Shown one piece after another: positions 42,111 to 52,837 of a stretch of 64,000 nucleotides of DNA. This DNA comes from Candidatus Multivorans sp. Lineage in GTDB: Bacteria > Acidobacteriota > Thermoanaerobaculia > Multivoradales > Multivoraceae. The notes under the pieces are model-generated. The model was given only the letters and a program-made list of their open reading frames with translations. It had not been told where the DNA came from and made no database searches. A program made the position numbers and the translations under genes. Numbering within the stretch: position 1 is the stretch's first letter; each line of letters opens with the position of its first letter. The DNA lies in contig OZ245033.1 in assembly GCA_965224025.1 (NCBI GenBank), forward strand, positions 4,128,001 to 4,192,000, in the 5' to 3' direction.

Positions 42111-42521
42111 TCACCTGCAGGCGTCAGAGCTCAGCCCGGGACCAAAGCAGGAGACATACTTCTGCCCGTCCCCGTGGACGCCCGCAGTAGCTGACAGCGT
42201 ACCCTTGCAGGTAATGGGCGGCTTACCGGGGCCACACATGGCATACGCACGGAATACCGTGCCGCCCACATCGAATCCTCGGCTGGACCCATAGTCCGTT
42301 CCAGTACAGGAACCTCTGGAAGAACAGGTGTCATTCCCGTCCCCCATGAACCTATCGTAGCCCGTGAAGCACTAATACTCGTCGGTATCGGCCTCCTTCT
42401 TCGTCTGCGTGCACGAAGCAACCTCACTTCCACCTCCCCCACAGCCCGCGCACACGGCCAACACCAAGGCCAAGACGCCAACCCTACACATCCACTCGGC
42501 CTCCCGGTTCAAGCAACTCAT
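42111..42521 (-). pseudogene. Cys-rich lipoprotein interrupted by an in-frame TAG (42372-42374)
   Basis: GGAGG SD, ATG 42521, lipobox CAGC; frame continues through TAG into ORF 42111-42347; stop abuts the next start. Confidence 0.65.
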
Positions 42522-42800
42522 GCGTCCTCCCCTCTACGCTGGCCACCGCGGGTCAGTCCGCAACAGCGGTCGTGGCAAGATCAACTTGCCTGTCAGCATA
42601 CGTCATGCTCATATCCCCTGTCCTCTGGTTGCGTTGAAACAGACGCCGCTGGACCGAGACGTGGCAGCCCCCGGCGCACTCCGACGTTCGGAGCGCCCGG
42701 CTGCGGTACGCTCTCGCTCTTTCGACAATCGAAGACCAGCCTCGAAGCGCCGCACACGGTCGGCGCCACGGCGAACACCAACAAGCACCCGGAGAGCACC

Positions 42801-43628
42801 ATGACCGAGATAGCCGCCCGCCCCCGCGTCACCGTCGAGATCGCAAACGGCGTCGCCGATGTCCGTCTCGACCGGCCCGACAAGCTGAATGCGCTGGACG
42901 GCGCGATGTTCGACGCGTTGGGCACGACCGGCCGCGAGCTGGCCGCCGACACGTCCGTGCGCGCCGTCGTTCTCTCCGGCAACGGTCGCGCCTTCTGCGC
43001 CGGCCTCGACTTCGGCAGCTTCCAGGCCATGAAGAGCCGTGCGGGCAGCAACTCGCTGGCCGATCAACTCCTGACACGAACGGACGACAACCCGGCCAAC
43101 CGCGGCCAGACCGCGGCCTGGGTCTGGCACGCGATGCCGGTACCGGTGATCGCCGCAGTCCATGGCGTGGCCTACGGCGGCGGCCTCCAGATCGCCCTCG
43201 GCGCCGACCTGCGGGTCGTCCACCCGGAGGCGAGACTCTCCGTGCGCGAAATCGTCTGGGGCCTCGTTCCCGACATGGCCGGCCCCCAGTTGTTGCGGCA
43301 CCTCGTGCGCGCCGACATCGCCAAGGAGCTCACCTTCACCGCTCGTGTGATCAGCGGCGTCGAGGCCGCGGAACTCGGTCTGGCCACGCGCCTCTCGGAG
43401 CAGCCGCTCGACGACGCCCTCGCCCTCGCGCGGGAGATGGCCAGCCGCTCGCCGCACGCAATCCGCGCTGCCAAGGAGTTGCTCGATGTGGCCCGGACCG
43501 CCAGCGTGCGCGACGGGCTCAAGACCGAGCACCGTCTGCAGGCGGGACTGATGGGTTCCCCGAATCAGGTCGAAGCGGTCACGGCGAACCTGCAGAAGCG
43601 GGCGCCCGATTTCGCCGACGTCGACTGA
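42801..43628 (+). CDS. Enoyl-CoA hydratase/isomerase (crotonase) family protein
   Basis: RPDKLNAL, FCAGLD, PVIAAVHGVAYGGG, EIVWGLVPD. Confidence 0.93.
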   Translation: MTEIAARPRVTVEIANGVADVRLDRPDKLNALDGAMFDALGTTGRELAADTSVRAVVLSGNGRAFCAGLDFGSFQAMKSRAGSNSLADQLLTRTDDNPANRGQTAAWVWHAMPVPVIAAVHGVAYGGGLQIALGADLRVVHPEARLSVREIVWGLVPDMAGPQLLRHLVRADIAKELTFTARVISGVEAAELGLATRLSEQPLDDALALAREMASRSPHAIRAAKELLDVARTASVRDGLKTEHRLQAGLMGSPNQVEAVTANLQKRAPDFADVD

Positions 43629-43640
43629 CGCCGCCCCGCG

Positions 43641-43739
43641 CCGGATGCGGGCGAGACGCCCGCGTGCCATCCGTGCGCCCGATGACGGGCGCACGGAGTG
43701 GTTCGCGTGTGGCGCGGAGCGCGCCACACGGGTTCCCAG
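43641..43739. repeat. Cluster of three REP-like hairpins between convergent genes
   Basis: gcgggcg/cgcccgc, tccgtgcgccc/gggcgcacgga, cgtgtggcgc/gcgccacacg. Confidence 0.7.
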
Positions 43740-43745
43740 GACTCT

Positions 43746-45947
43746 CTACTCCAGGTGCCAGCCGTGGTCGGGCTGGAGCAGGGCCCGCTGCGAGTCGAAC
43801 GGCGCACTCCGATCGTCGGGCTCGACCCGCGTGTAGCTGCCGTCCGATTCCAGACGGCGGCAGCTCGCCGTATCGACCAGGTGCGGCGCCAGGATGTCGC
43901 GCAACGCGGCCCGGCGCAGATCCTGATCGAGAATCGGACACAGCAGCTCGACGCGGCCGTTCAGGTTGCGCGGCATGATGTCCGCGCTGCCGGTGAACAG
44001 TTCTTCGTCGCCGCCGTTCCGGAAGTAGTAGAGACGCGAGTGTTCCAGGAACCGGCCGACGATCGAGGTCACCGAGATGTTCTCGGACAGGCCCGGGACG
44101 CCGGGTCGCAAACAGCAGATTCCCCGCACCTGGAGGAGGACCTCAACGCCCGCCTGGGACGCGAGGTAAAGCGCGTCGATGCACTCCCGGTCGACCAGTG
44201 AGTTCATCTTGAAGATCAGGCGGCCGCCGCCATGCCGCCGATGGCCCTCGATCTCCCGATCGATCCGCCGGATTAGTTCGCGGCGCATCTGCACGGGCGC
44301 GACCAGCAGCTTGCTGTAGCTCTCCTCGCGGGCATAGCCGGTGATCGAGTTGAACAGCTTGGCCACGTCCGAAGTGATTTCGTCGTCGTCGGTCAGGAGA
44401 CCGATGTCGGTGTAGATGCGCGCCGTGACCGGGTTGTAGTTACCGGTCGCCAGGTGGACGTACGAATGCAGCGTGCCTGCTTCGCGGCGGACGACGAGAC
44501 ACATCTTGGCGTGCGTCTTGAGCCCGAACACGCCGTAGACGACATGAACGCCAGCGGCTTCGAGCGCCCGGGCCCAACCGATGTTGTACTCCTCGTCGAA
44601 ACGGGCCTTCAGCTCGACCAGAACCGAGACCTGCTTCCCTTTCTCGCGCGCTTCCATCAAGGCCTCGACCACCGGTGAGTTGGCGCCCACCCGGTAGAGC
44701 GTCTGCTTGATCGCAATCACGTCCGGATCGGCGACCGCCTCGCGCAGCAGCCGCACCACCGGCGAGAAGCTGTCGTACGGGTGGTACAGCAGATGGTCGC
44801 GGCGCCGGATCGCGTGAAACAGGGATTCATCCCCCCGTAGCGCGGCGTGGCGAACCGGCCGGATGGCGCCGTCGCGCAGTTCCGGACGGTCCAGGAAGGC
44901 GACCTCGCTCAGGTCCGCCAGACCCAACGGCGAGGGCAGGGTATCGACCTGGAACGGGGCCAGCCCCATGTTCCGCTCCAGGATCGCCCGGATCTTCTTG
45001 GGCGTGTCCTCCCGCACTTCGAGCCGCACCACCGAGCCGAAGTGCCGCTGGCCGACGACCTCCACGATCGCGGTCAACAGATCGTCCGCCTCGTCGTCCT
45101 CGATCTCCAGGTCGGCATCGCGCGTGACGCGGAACGTGTAGGCGGCAACAACCTCGAAGCCAGGGAACAGCAGGTCGAGATTGGCGGCGATCAACTCCTC
45201 GATCCACACGAACTTCCCGCGCGCCGACTTGTCCAGCCCGAGTTCGTCCCGGCCGCCCCCCGGCGCGCGCACCAGACGCGGCAGCACCTGGGGCACCTTG
45301 ACGCGGGCGAAGCGCTGTCCCTGGCTCCCGTCGTCGATCACTACGGCCAGGTTCAGGCTCAGGTTCGAGACGTGGGGGAATGGATGGCTGGGGTCGAATG
45401 CGAGCGGCGTCAGGACCGGGAAGATCTCGCGTTCGAAGTAGGCGCGCAGCTTGCGCTTTTTCTTGGCCGAGAGGTCGTCGTAGGAGACGATCTCTATGCC
45501 TTCGTCCCTGAGCTTGGGCAGCAGATCGTCGTGCCAGCAGCCGTAGACGAGCTGGCGCTCGCGCTTCAGGTGGGACCGGGTGCCGGCCAACTGCTCCGAC
45601 GGCGTCATTCCGTCCGGCGGCGCCTCCAGGGCCCCGCGCTCCAACTGCCGGCACAGCCCCGAGATCCGCACCATGAAGAACTCGTCCAGGTTGCTGCCGT
45701 AGATCGACAGGAACTTCACCCGCTCCAGCAGCGGGTGGCGAGGATCGCGCGCTTCCTCCAGGACCCGGCTGTTGAACTGTAGCCAGCTCAACTCCCGGTT
45801 GATGTAGTGCTCGGGCAGCCCCGGCGCGATCGCCGCGGGCCGCGCTTCGGTCACCGTCTCGGGTTCCATCTCGCAAGCCGGCGCCGGAACCGGCGCAAGG
45901 GACGGCTCGATCAGATTCTCAGCGGCTGCGGACTCTGGGCTCGCCAC
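43746..45947 (-). CDS. ppk1: Polyphosphate kinase 1 (start uncertain)
   Basis: NRELSWLQFN, NLDEFFMVR, HPYDSF, VELKARFDE, KTHAK, TGNYN, GRFLEHSR. Confidence 0.96.
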   Translation of the reverse strand: MASPESAAAENLIEPSLAPVPAPACEMEPETVTEARPAAIAPGLPEHYINRELSWLQFNSRVLEEARDPRHPLLERVKFLSIYGSNLDEFFMVRISGLCRQLERGALEAPPDGMTPSEQLAGTRSHLKRERQLVYGCWHDDLLPKLRDEGIEIVSYDDLSAKKKRKLRAYFEREIFPVLTPLAFDPSHPFPHVSNLSLNLAVVIDDGSQGQRFARVKVPQVLPRLVRAPGGGRDELGLDKSARGKFVWIEELIAANLDLLFPGFEVVAAYTFRVTRDADLEIEDDEADDLLTAIVEVVGQRHFGSVVRLEVREDTPKKIRAILERNMGLAPFQVDTLPSPLGLADLSEVAFLDRPELRDGAIRPVRHAALRGDESLFHAIRRRDHLLYHPYDSFSPVVRLLREAVADPDVIAIKQTLYRVGANSPVVEALMEAREKGKQVSVLVELKARFDEEYNIGWARALEAAGVHVVYGVFGLKTHAKMCLVVRREAGTLHSYVHLATGNYNPVTARIYTDIGLLTDDDEITSDVAKLFNSITGYAREESYSKLLVAPVQMRRELIRRIDREIEGHRRHGGGRLIFKMNSLVDRECIDALYLASQAGVEVLLQVRGICCLRPGVPGLSENISVTSIVGRFLEHSRLYYFRNGGDEELFTGSADIMPRNLNGRVELLCPILDQDLRRAALRDILAPHLVDTASCRRLESDGSYTRVEPDDRSAPFDSQRALLQPDHGWHLE

Positions 45948-46015
45948 GGTAACCGCTGATTCTACACCGCTTCCGGCTCCCGCGCAGCAGCCGAACGGTC
46001 TGCGGAACTCTAGGT

Positions 46016-47953
46016 CTAGGAGGCTGCGCGCCGCCGGACAACGACGAAGGTCACGTCGTCGGCCGGAACTCCACCGGGGGAGAGTTGCTCTACCCAGCGC
46101 TCGAACTCCGCGACCGCCTCCGCCGCGGGGAGCTGACCCACTTCGCACCAGCGGTCGGCAACAGCCGGGTAACTTACGGGCTCGCCGCTTGCATCCAGCA
46201 TCTCGGGCAAGCCGTCGCTCATCAGGAGCGCCGCGTCACCCGGATCGAGCCGGACCTCGTGGCCTTCGTACGAGGCATGGGCCATGGTGCCGAGCGGCAC
46301 GCCGGAACTCATGACCTCCTCGACCTCGCCGGATGGACAACGACTGACGAGCACCGGCGGCATGCCGGCAGAGGCGAGGTCGAGCACACCCTCGTGATAC
46401 CGCGCCAGGACCAACGCCATCGCCCGCCGGCCCAGGTTCATCGACCGGATGGCCGCCGTCGCATGGGAGAGGAAGGCCGCCAGGTCGAGGCCCAGGTCCG
46501 CGGACGCCAGCAGTGACTTGACCACCGTGACCATGGTGCCGGCGCGGGCGCCGTGCCCGGTGGCGTCGCCGACCGCGACGATCAGGGAACCGTCGTGCCG
46601 GGGCCTGAAGTCGTAGTAGTCGCCTCCAACTTCCGAGGCAGTGCGCAGGAACACGGCGATCTCGAGGTCGGGGTGCTCCGGCAGCGCCGCGGGCAGCAAC
46701 GAGAGCTGGAATCGCCGCGCCTCCTCCAACTCCACCGTCTGCCGCTCGTTTTCCGCCTCGAGCAGCCGGCGGTCGACCTCCTGCTGACGGCGGAGCCTTT
46801 CCTGCTCCAGCAACTGCCGCCGGTTCTTCTCCTGGTCGCGGGCCATGCGATTGAACGCCTCGCCCAGCTTGCCCACCTCGTCGCGCCCGCCCAGCCGCGC
46901 CCGGGCCGCGCCGTCGCCCTTGGCCAAACGGTCGACCTGTCTGGTCAGGTGACTGAGCCTGCGAGTGAGGCGATTGGCCAGCGGGGCGGCCGCGAACAAG
47001 GACAGGCTCATCAAGCCGACACCGACGCCGAAGTTCCGCAGCGAGGCGCTGCGCATCTCGGCCAGAGACGGGCCGATCGGACGGACGATGCCGTATACGA
47101 GGTCACCTTCAGACGCGGCCTGGGTCACCACCACCCAATCGCTCATGCGCCGCCACAGGTCCTCATCTCCGGCGACGAGAGCCTCGGGAAGGGGCTGCCC
47201 ATTCGGACAGCGCACGTCATTGAGCAGTTCCAGATCCTTCGGCTCGGAGGTGTAGATCTTGCCTTCCGCGTCGATCGCGAACGGCACCGCGCCGCCCGTC
47301 CGAGGAATCCGGCTCAGTACATTGCGCATCAACCTCTCGGGCCGGATGCCGGCGTGCAGCTCGCCGAGCAAGCTACCGTCCCGGCGAACGGGAGTCGAAA
47401 CCGGGCCGCCGAAGATCCGGGCCATACGATCCTGCGCCCTGCGAACCCATTCCGGGTCCTCCGGCCGGATGTCAGGCGCCCCGTCTCCCTCCGTCGTTTC
47501 CGACTGCTCCGGGCGGCCGAACCGCGACCACAGGAAGCGCCGGCCTGCCCTCCCCAGCCGCCCCGGGGCGCCGGGAGCGTCGCCGTCGAGCGCCTCGCCC
47601 GGAGGAACGGCTCTTCCGGGCCCAGGCGCGCCGGCGGGCACGAACTCGAGTACTTCGACGAAGTTCGCGCCATCGCCCTGGCTGCTCCAGAGAAACTCGG
47701 AGAGCGCCTCCGGGTCGGCGTACTGGGGGTCGTCGAAGGGCAGCGTCGTGCCGAGCCGCCCAACGTACCTCTGCAGATCCTCGCGGGTGCGCAGCAACCC
47801 AATCGAGATCTGCCTCGCGACTTCCACCGACTCGGCGCGCACCGCGGAACGGAACGCATTGGCCGACGAGAAGTACGAATAGCCGACGATGCCTGCCAGG
47901 GGCAGAACCGCCAGGACCAGGAAGGCAAGGATCAGTTGGCTACGCAGCTTCAT
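46016..47953 (-). CDS. Membrane sensor HAMP-PP2C (SpoIIE/RsbU-like) phosphatase
   Basis: Two TMs, DEVGKLGEAFNRM (HAMP), VGGDYYD, GDATGHG, SDGL, DDVT. Confidence 0.9.
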   Translation of the reverse strand: MKLRSQLILAFLVLAVLPLAGIVGYSYFSSANAFRSAVRAESVEVARQISIGLLRTREDLQRYVGRLGTTLPFDDPQYADPEALSEFLWSSQGDGANFVEVLEFVPAGAPGPGRAVPPGEALDGDAPGAPGRLGRAGRRFLWSRFGRPEQSETTEGDGAPDIRPEDPEWVRRAQDRMARIFGGPVSTPVRRDGSLLGELHAGIRPERLMRNVLSRIPRTGGAVPFAIDAEGKIYTSEPKDLELLNDVRCPNGQPLPEALVAGDEDLWRRMSDWVVVTQAASEGDLVYGIVRPIGPSLAEMRSASLRNFGVGVGLMSLSLFAAAPLANRLTRRLSHLTRQVDRLAKGDGAARARLGGRDEVGKLGEAFNRMARDQEKNRRQLLEQERLRRQQEVDRRLLEAENERQTVELEEARRFQLSLLPAALPEHPDLEIAVFLRTASEVGGDYYDFRPRHDGSLIVAVGDATGHGARAGTMVTVVKSLLASADLGLDLAAFLSHATAAIRSMNLGRRAMALVLARYHEGVLDLASAGMPPVLVSRCPSGEVEEVMSSGVPLGTMAHASYEGHEVRLDPGDAALLMSDGLPEMLDASGEPVSYPAVADRWCEVGQLPAAEAVAEFERWVEQLSPGGVPADDVTFVVVRRRAAS

Positions 47954-47961
47954 CGCAAGTA

Positions 47962-48831
47962 CTAACCGGAGTCGGGCTCCTGAGCTTCCCGGTCCGCCCC
48001 AGCCCCAAGGGTCGGCTGCCGCACCAACCCGCCATCCTTGCGCCGACCGACCAGCGAGCTGACCACACCGTGAAGCGCTCGCACCTCGTGCTCCCTGAGC
48101 TCCGCACGGTGCAGGATACTCCGCAGGTTGCGGACCATGATGCCGCGCTTCTCCGCCACGCGCAGGAACCCGGAGGCGTCGAGCTCCTGCTCCAGGTGCT
48201 CGAAGAAGTTGACGAGTTGCGCCGCGGTGGCGAGGGGCGTCGTCGACTTCGGGCCAGCGGAGGCCACCGAGCCGCCTGCCTCGGCCTCGAACCAAGCGTA
48301 GGCTACCAGCAGCACCGCCTGCGCCAGGTTGAGCGACGAGTACCCCGGATTGAGGGGAATGTGAACGATGTGCGACGCAAGGGCGACGTCGTCGTTGCCG
48401 AGGCCGGCCCGTTCAGGCCCGAACAGCACGCCCGAGCGAAGCTCCTGCGCGGCGCAATCCCTGATCTCCGCCGCCAGATCGCCCGGTCCCATTGCCGGCT
48501 TGAGCAGGTCGCGACGGCGCGCGGTCGTGGCGTAGACCCGGTGCAGATCGGCGACGGCCTCGGCCGTGGTCTCGAACACCGCTGCCCGGTCGACGATCTC
48601 ACGGGAAGCCCCGGTCGCCATCGCCCGCGCCCGCTCGTTGGGCCAGACGTCGCGCGGCGCCACCAGGCGCAGCTCGACGAGTCCGCAGTTCAGCATCGCG
48701 CGGGCCGCCGCCCCGATGTTCTCGCCCAACTGCGGGCCCACCAGGACGATCACCGGTTGCAGGGAGGCCCTCGGCGCGTCGTCCCGCGCGTCAGCCGCCC
48801 TGGCTGCTGCATCTGATCCTTGACTAGCCAT
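47962..48831 (-). CDS. trmJ: SPOUT RNA methyltransferase, TrmJ/LasT family
   Basis: ENIGAAARAM, ATTAR, FGPERAGL, SSLNLAQAV. Confidence 0.85.
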   Translation of the reverse strand: MASQGSDAAARAADARDDAPRASLQPVIVLVGPQLGENIGAAARAMLNCGLVELRLVAPRDVWPNERARAMATGASREIVDRAAVFETTAEAVADLHRVYATTARRRDLLKPAMGPGDLAAEIRDCAAQELRSGVLFGPERAGLGNDDVALASHIVHIPLNPGYSSLNLAQAVLLVAYAWFEAEAGGSVASAGPKSTTPLATAAQLVNFFEHLEQELDASGFLRVAEKRGIMVRNLRSILHRAELREHEVRALHGVVSSLVGRRKDGGLVRQPTLGAGADREAQEPDSG

Positions 48832-48877
48832 TCTTCTCCGTAGCGTTGCGCGCGCGCAGAGTAGCTAGGCTACACAG

Positions 48878-51109
48878 GTGACTCCGGCGAACCTGGGGGA
48901 TCGCCTGCCCGAGACCCCGGGGACGATCTCTTCCGACGACATCATGACCCGCTTCCTCGACTGGGTCGCCGGGCTCGGCTTCGAGCTCTTTCCACCGCAG
49001 GAAGAGGCGCTGATCGAGCTGATGGCCGGGCGCCATGTGGTCCTCGACACGCCGACCGGTTCCGGCAAGTCCCTGGTCGCGATGGCCCTTCTGTTCAAGG
49101 GCCTCTGCGAAGGCCGGACCGGCTACTACACGGCGCCGGTCAAGGCACTCGCCTCGGAACAGTTCTTCCGCATGTGCGACGACTTCGGCGCCGAGCGCGT
49201 CGGCATGCTGACCGGCGACGCGAGCATCAACCCGGAGGCGCCGATCGTCTGCTGCACCGCCGAGGTGCTCGCGAACATGGCGCTCCGGCAGGGCGCGGCG
49301 CTGCCGGTCGACTACGTGGTCATGGACGAGTTCCACTACTACTCGGATCGGGAGCGCGGCGTCTCGTGGCAGGTGCCCCTGATCACCCTCCCCGGCACGA
49401 CCTTCCTGTTGATGTCGGCGACGCTGGGCAACATGGCAAGGGTAAGCGAGGCCCTCGAACGGGCCACCAGGCGGCCGGTCGCGCTCATCAGCAGCCGGAT
49501 CCGCCCGGTGCCGCTTGAGTACGAGTACCGCGAGACACCGATGGGTACGACGATCGACGAACTCGTCGCCGGCGGCAGGGCGCCGATCTATGTCGTCAAC
49601 TTCACCCAGCGCGACTGCGCCAGGCTGGCGCAGAGCCTGACCAGCCTGAGACTCTGCACCCGCGACGAGAAAAAGGCGATCTTCGAGGCCGTAGGAGACT
49701 TCCGTTTCGACACCGCCTACGGCAAACAGGTGCGCCGCTTCCTCAGCTTCGGAACCGGCATTCACCATGCCGGGCTGTTGCCGAAGTACCGCCTGCTGGT
49801 CGAAAAGCTGGCGCAACTCGGGCTGCTCAAGGTCATCGCCGGCACGGACACTCTCGGCGTCGGCGTCAACGTGCCCATACGCACCGTGCTCTTCAGCCAA
49901 CTCAGCAAGTACGACGGCCAGGACGTGGCCATTCTCAAGGTGCGGGACTTCCAGCAGATCGCCGGGCGGGCCGGCCGCAAGGGTTTCGACGAGCAGGGCT
50001 GGGTTGTCTGCCAGGCGCCGGAACACGAAATCGACAATCAGCGCCGCCGGATGAAAGCCCAGGCCTCGCCTCGCGGCAGGCGCCGTAGGCAGTATCGCAA
50101 GCGGCCTCCGCCCCGGGGTTTCGTGCCCTGGGACGAGCGGACGTTCCAGCGCCTGATCCACAGTCCACCGGAGACGCTCGAATCCCGATTCCGGCTCAGT
50201 CACGGCATGGTGTTCGACCTGATCCAGGCCGACGAAGCGACCGCGAACGGCAGCCCGCACCAGAACTTCACCTCGATCCGGCGGTTGATCGCCGCGTGCC
50301 ATGAGAAACCGGCCAGAAAGAAGCGTCTGATCGGCCAATCGGCGGAACTGATCCGGTCGCTCCACCGTGGCGGCATCGTGCGCATGGCGCCCTCGCGCGG
50401 CAACGGCTACCGGGTCGAGGCGGACCGGGACCTGCAGTTCGAGTTTTCGATGCACCAGAACCTGTCGCTCTACCTCGTCGCGACCCTGGAACTGCTCGAT
50501 CGGGAGGATCCCGACTACGGCCTGGACCTGCTCAGCCTGGTCGAGGCGATCCTGGAGAACCCCGAGATCGTGCTACGCCAACAGGCCCGCAAGCTGCGCG
50601 ACGAACTGGCCGCCCGGCTCAAGGCCGAGAGGGTGCCGTTCGAAGAGCGGATGGAGCGGCTACGCGAGGTCACCCATCCGAGACCGCTGGCCGATCTCAT
50701 CGAACCGACGTTCGCCGAGTTCCGCCGTTCCCACCCCTGGGTCCTCGGCGACTCGATCCGGCCGAAGCGGGTCGGCCGCGAGATCTTCGAGGACTTGCTG
50801 AGCTTCGACGAGTTCATCGGTCGCTACGGGCTGCAACGCTCCGAGGGTGTCGTTCTCCGGTACCTGAGCCGGTTGTTCAAGGTCCTGAGCCGCGGTGTCC
50901 CGGACCGTTTCAAGACGGAGGCCCTGTTCGACCAGCTCGGCTACTTCCACGCCCTGCTCACCCGGGTCGACCGCAGCCTCCTCGACGAGTGGAAGCGGCT
51001 GTGGTCACTCGAGGAAGCCCGCGGCGGGTTGGCCGCCCCTACCGGCTCCGCTCAACCCCCAGCTTCGGACACCACTCCTCCACCGGACAGCGCGAGCACC
51101 AGGGGCTGA
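48878..51109 (+). CDS. Ski2/HelY-like SF2 helicase with DUF3516-type C-terminus
   Basis: PTGSGKS, DEFH, SAT, HHAG, QIAGRAGR, RSEGVVLRYL. Confidence 0.88.
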   Translation: MTPANLGDRLPETPGTISSDDIMTRFLDWVAGLGFELFPPQEEALIELMAGRHVVLDTPTGSGKSLVAMALLFKGLCEGRTGYYTAPVKALASEQFFRMCDDFGAERVGMLTGDASINPEAPIVCCTAEVLANMALRQGAALPVDYVVMDEFHYYSDRERGVSWQVPLITLPGTTFLLMSATLGNMARVSEALERATRRPVALISSRIRPVPLEYEYRETPMGTTIDELVAGGRAPIYVVNFTQRDCARLAQSLTSLRLCTRDEKKAIFEAVGDFRFDTAYGKQVRRFLSFGTGIHHAGLLPKYRLLVEKLAQLGLLKVIAGTDTLGVGVNVPIRTVLFSQLSKYDGQDVAILKVRDFQQIAGRAGRKGFDEQGWVVCQAPEHEIDNQRRRMKAQASPRGRRRRQYRKRPPPRGFVPWDERTFQRLIHSPPETLESRFRLSHGMVFDLIQADEATANGSPHQNFTSIRRLIAACHEKPARKKRLIGQSAELIRSLHRGGIVRMAPSRGNGYRVEADRDLQFEFSMHQNLSLYLVATLELLDREDPDYGLDLLSLVEAILENPEIVLRQQARKLRDELAARLKAERVPFEERMERLREVTHPRPLADLIEPTFAEFRRSHPWVLGDSIRPKRVGREIFEDLLSFDEFIGRYGLQRSEGVVLRYLSRLFKVLSRGVPDRFKTEALFDQLGYFHALLTRVDRSLLDEWKRLWSLEEARGGLAAPTGSAQPPASDTTPPPDSASTRG

Positions 51110-51716
51110 CCGGCACACAGAGCTTCTGACCGAAACTGACCAACGTCTTGTTCAGACCGATCCACTGACTCCGCGGGAGCTTCGCGCGCAAGGCCGTTTC
51201 GGTCTCCAGAGGATTGCGGGTATCCACGTAGCCCCACAGGTTCGTGATCCGATGAACGTGGGTATCAACGCAGATGCCGGGCCGTCTGAAGCCCTCGGTA
51301 ACGACAAGGTTCGCCGTCTTGCGCCCGACGCCCGGCAGTTCGATCAGCTCCTCCACCGTCCGCGGCACTTCACCGCCGAACCGGTCGAGCAGCACTCCCA
51401 TCGCGCGCCGGAGGTTCTTCGCCTTCGTGCGGTAGAAGCCGACCGGAAAGATGAGACGCTCGAGCCCGGCAGCCGGCAAAGCCGCGATCTGTTCCGGGGT
51501 CGAGGCCGCGTCGAACAGACGCCGGGTCGCGGCGGCGGTCGCCTCGTCCTTGGTGCGCGCGCTCAGGATCGTCGACACGAGCACCTTGAACGGATCCTGC
51601 TCGGTCTCCGCGATCAGCGTCACGATCGGCAACTGGGTGCCGTCGAGGCGCCGCCGGATGCGCCGTAGCATCGCGGCTAGACGGCGGTTCGACGGCGGCG
51701 GCGGCGGAGGGGGCAC
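51039..51716 (-). CDS. nth: Endonuclease III
   Basis: HhH LPGVGRKTA, VDTHV, C-x6-C-x2-C-x5-C Fe-S motif. Confidence 0.92.
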   Translation of the reverse strand: MPPPPPPPSNRRLAAMLRRIRRRLDGTQLPIVTLIAETEQDPFKVLVSTILSARTKDEATAAATRRLFDAASTPEQIAALPAAGLERLIFPVGFYRTKAKNLRRAMGVLLDRFGGEVPRTVEELIELPGVGRKTANLVVTEGFRRPGICVDTHVHRITNLWGYVDTRNPLETETALRAKLPRSQWIGLNKTLVSFGQKLCVPVSPWCSRCPVEEWCPKLGVERSR

Positions 51717-51801
51717 GGTCGGGCGAGAATAGCGCTGCCACTCACGGCTGTTACCTTGACCAACTGCTGCTACCTGCACCTACTGCTGTTACCTTGAGTT
51801 G

Positions 51802-52686
51802 ATGAAGATCGCGGTGAGCGGCGCCTCGGGCCTGATCGGCAGCGCCCTGATTCAGGCTCTCGAGACGTCGGGTGACGACTGCAGCCGGCTGGTACGCCGC
51901 GCGCCGCGGAGCGCTGGTGAACTGGAGTGGCGCCCCGAGCGGGGTCTGGCCACACCCGCCGCCGCCCAGGGGTTCGACGCCCTCGTCCACCTGGCCGGCG
52001 AGAGCGTCGCCGGCGGGCGCTGGACGGTCGCCAAACGCCAGCGAATCCGGTCCTCTCGCGCCCCGGCGACCCGCCGCCTGGTGGAGTCCCTGAGCACGAT
52101 CGAGCGGCCGCCGCGCGTGTTCGTCTGCGCCTCCGCGGTCGGCTACTACGGCGATCGGGGCGACGAACTGCTGGACGAGGACTCCCGCGCGGGTAGCGGA
52201 TTCCTGGCCTCCGTATGCCGCGACTGGGAAGCCGCGGCCGCGACCGCGGCAACGGTCTGCGAACGGGTGGTGATGCTCCGATTCGGCGTCGTGCTCTCCA
52301 CCGCAGGCGGCGCCCTGCCCCGGATGCTGACGCCGTTTCGCTTCGGTCTCGGCGGCCGGCTCGGATCGGGCAAGCAGTACTTCCCGTGGATTCACCTCGA
52401 GGACGCGGTGGCCGCCATCCGCCATCTCATCGACCAAGGCGAAGGCCCCGTCAACCTCACCGCACCGGAACAGGCCACGAATGCGGACCTCACCCGCTCG
52501 TTGGCTCGCACTCTGCGCCGGCCGGCCCTGTTCCCGGCGCCGACTCCGGCGCTCGTCGCGGTCTTCGGCGCCATGGCGCGCGAGGCGCTGCTGGCCAGCG
52601 CCCGCGTGGTCCCGGCACGCCTTCCAAGCAGCGGCTTCGCCTACCGTTTCCCGACTCTCGACTCGGCGCTGGCTCACGAACTGTAG
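51802..52686 (+). CDS. TIGR01777-family NAD-dependent epimerase/oxidoreductase
   Basis: GASGLIG, HLAGE, ASAVGYYG, GSGKQYFPWIH. Confidence 0.92.
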   Translation: MKIAVSGASGLIGSALIQALETSGDDCSRLVRRAPRSAGELEWRPERGLATPAAAQGFDALVHLAGESVAGGRWTVAKRQRIRSSRAPATRRLVESLSTIERPPRVFVCASAVGYYGDRGDELLDEDSRAGSGFLASVCRDWEAAAATAATVCERVVMLRFGVVLSTAGGALPRMLTPFRFGLGGRLGSGKQYFPWIHLEDAVAAIRHLIDQGEGPVNLTAPEQATNADLTRSLARTLRRPALFPAPTPALVAVFGAMAREALLASARVVPARLPSSGFAYRFPTLDSALAHEL

Positions 52687-52837
52687 AATCCGGGAAGCCC
52701 AGTGGCGCCCGGCGTGTTGGGATGGATGAGCGCTGCCGGCGGCCCACCCAGCCGGCGCCAGGACACGGCCGGCAGCGAGCGGAGATTTCACCCTTCTTCG
52801 CCGGTTTCCGCCAACGGACGAACAGCCCACCGCGAAC

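Noticed and set aside
42372-42374. Pyrrolysine recoding of the TAG
   Set aside because: No pyl genes or methylamine methyltransferase context; a TGG-to-TAG mutation is simpler
51039-51109. 71-bp convergent overlap of the helicase and nth
   Set aside because: The overlap falls in a low-complexity helicase tail; common in GC-rich genomes
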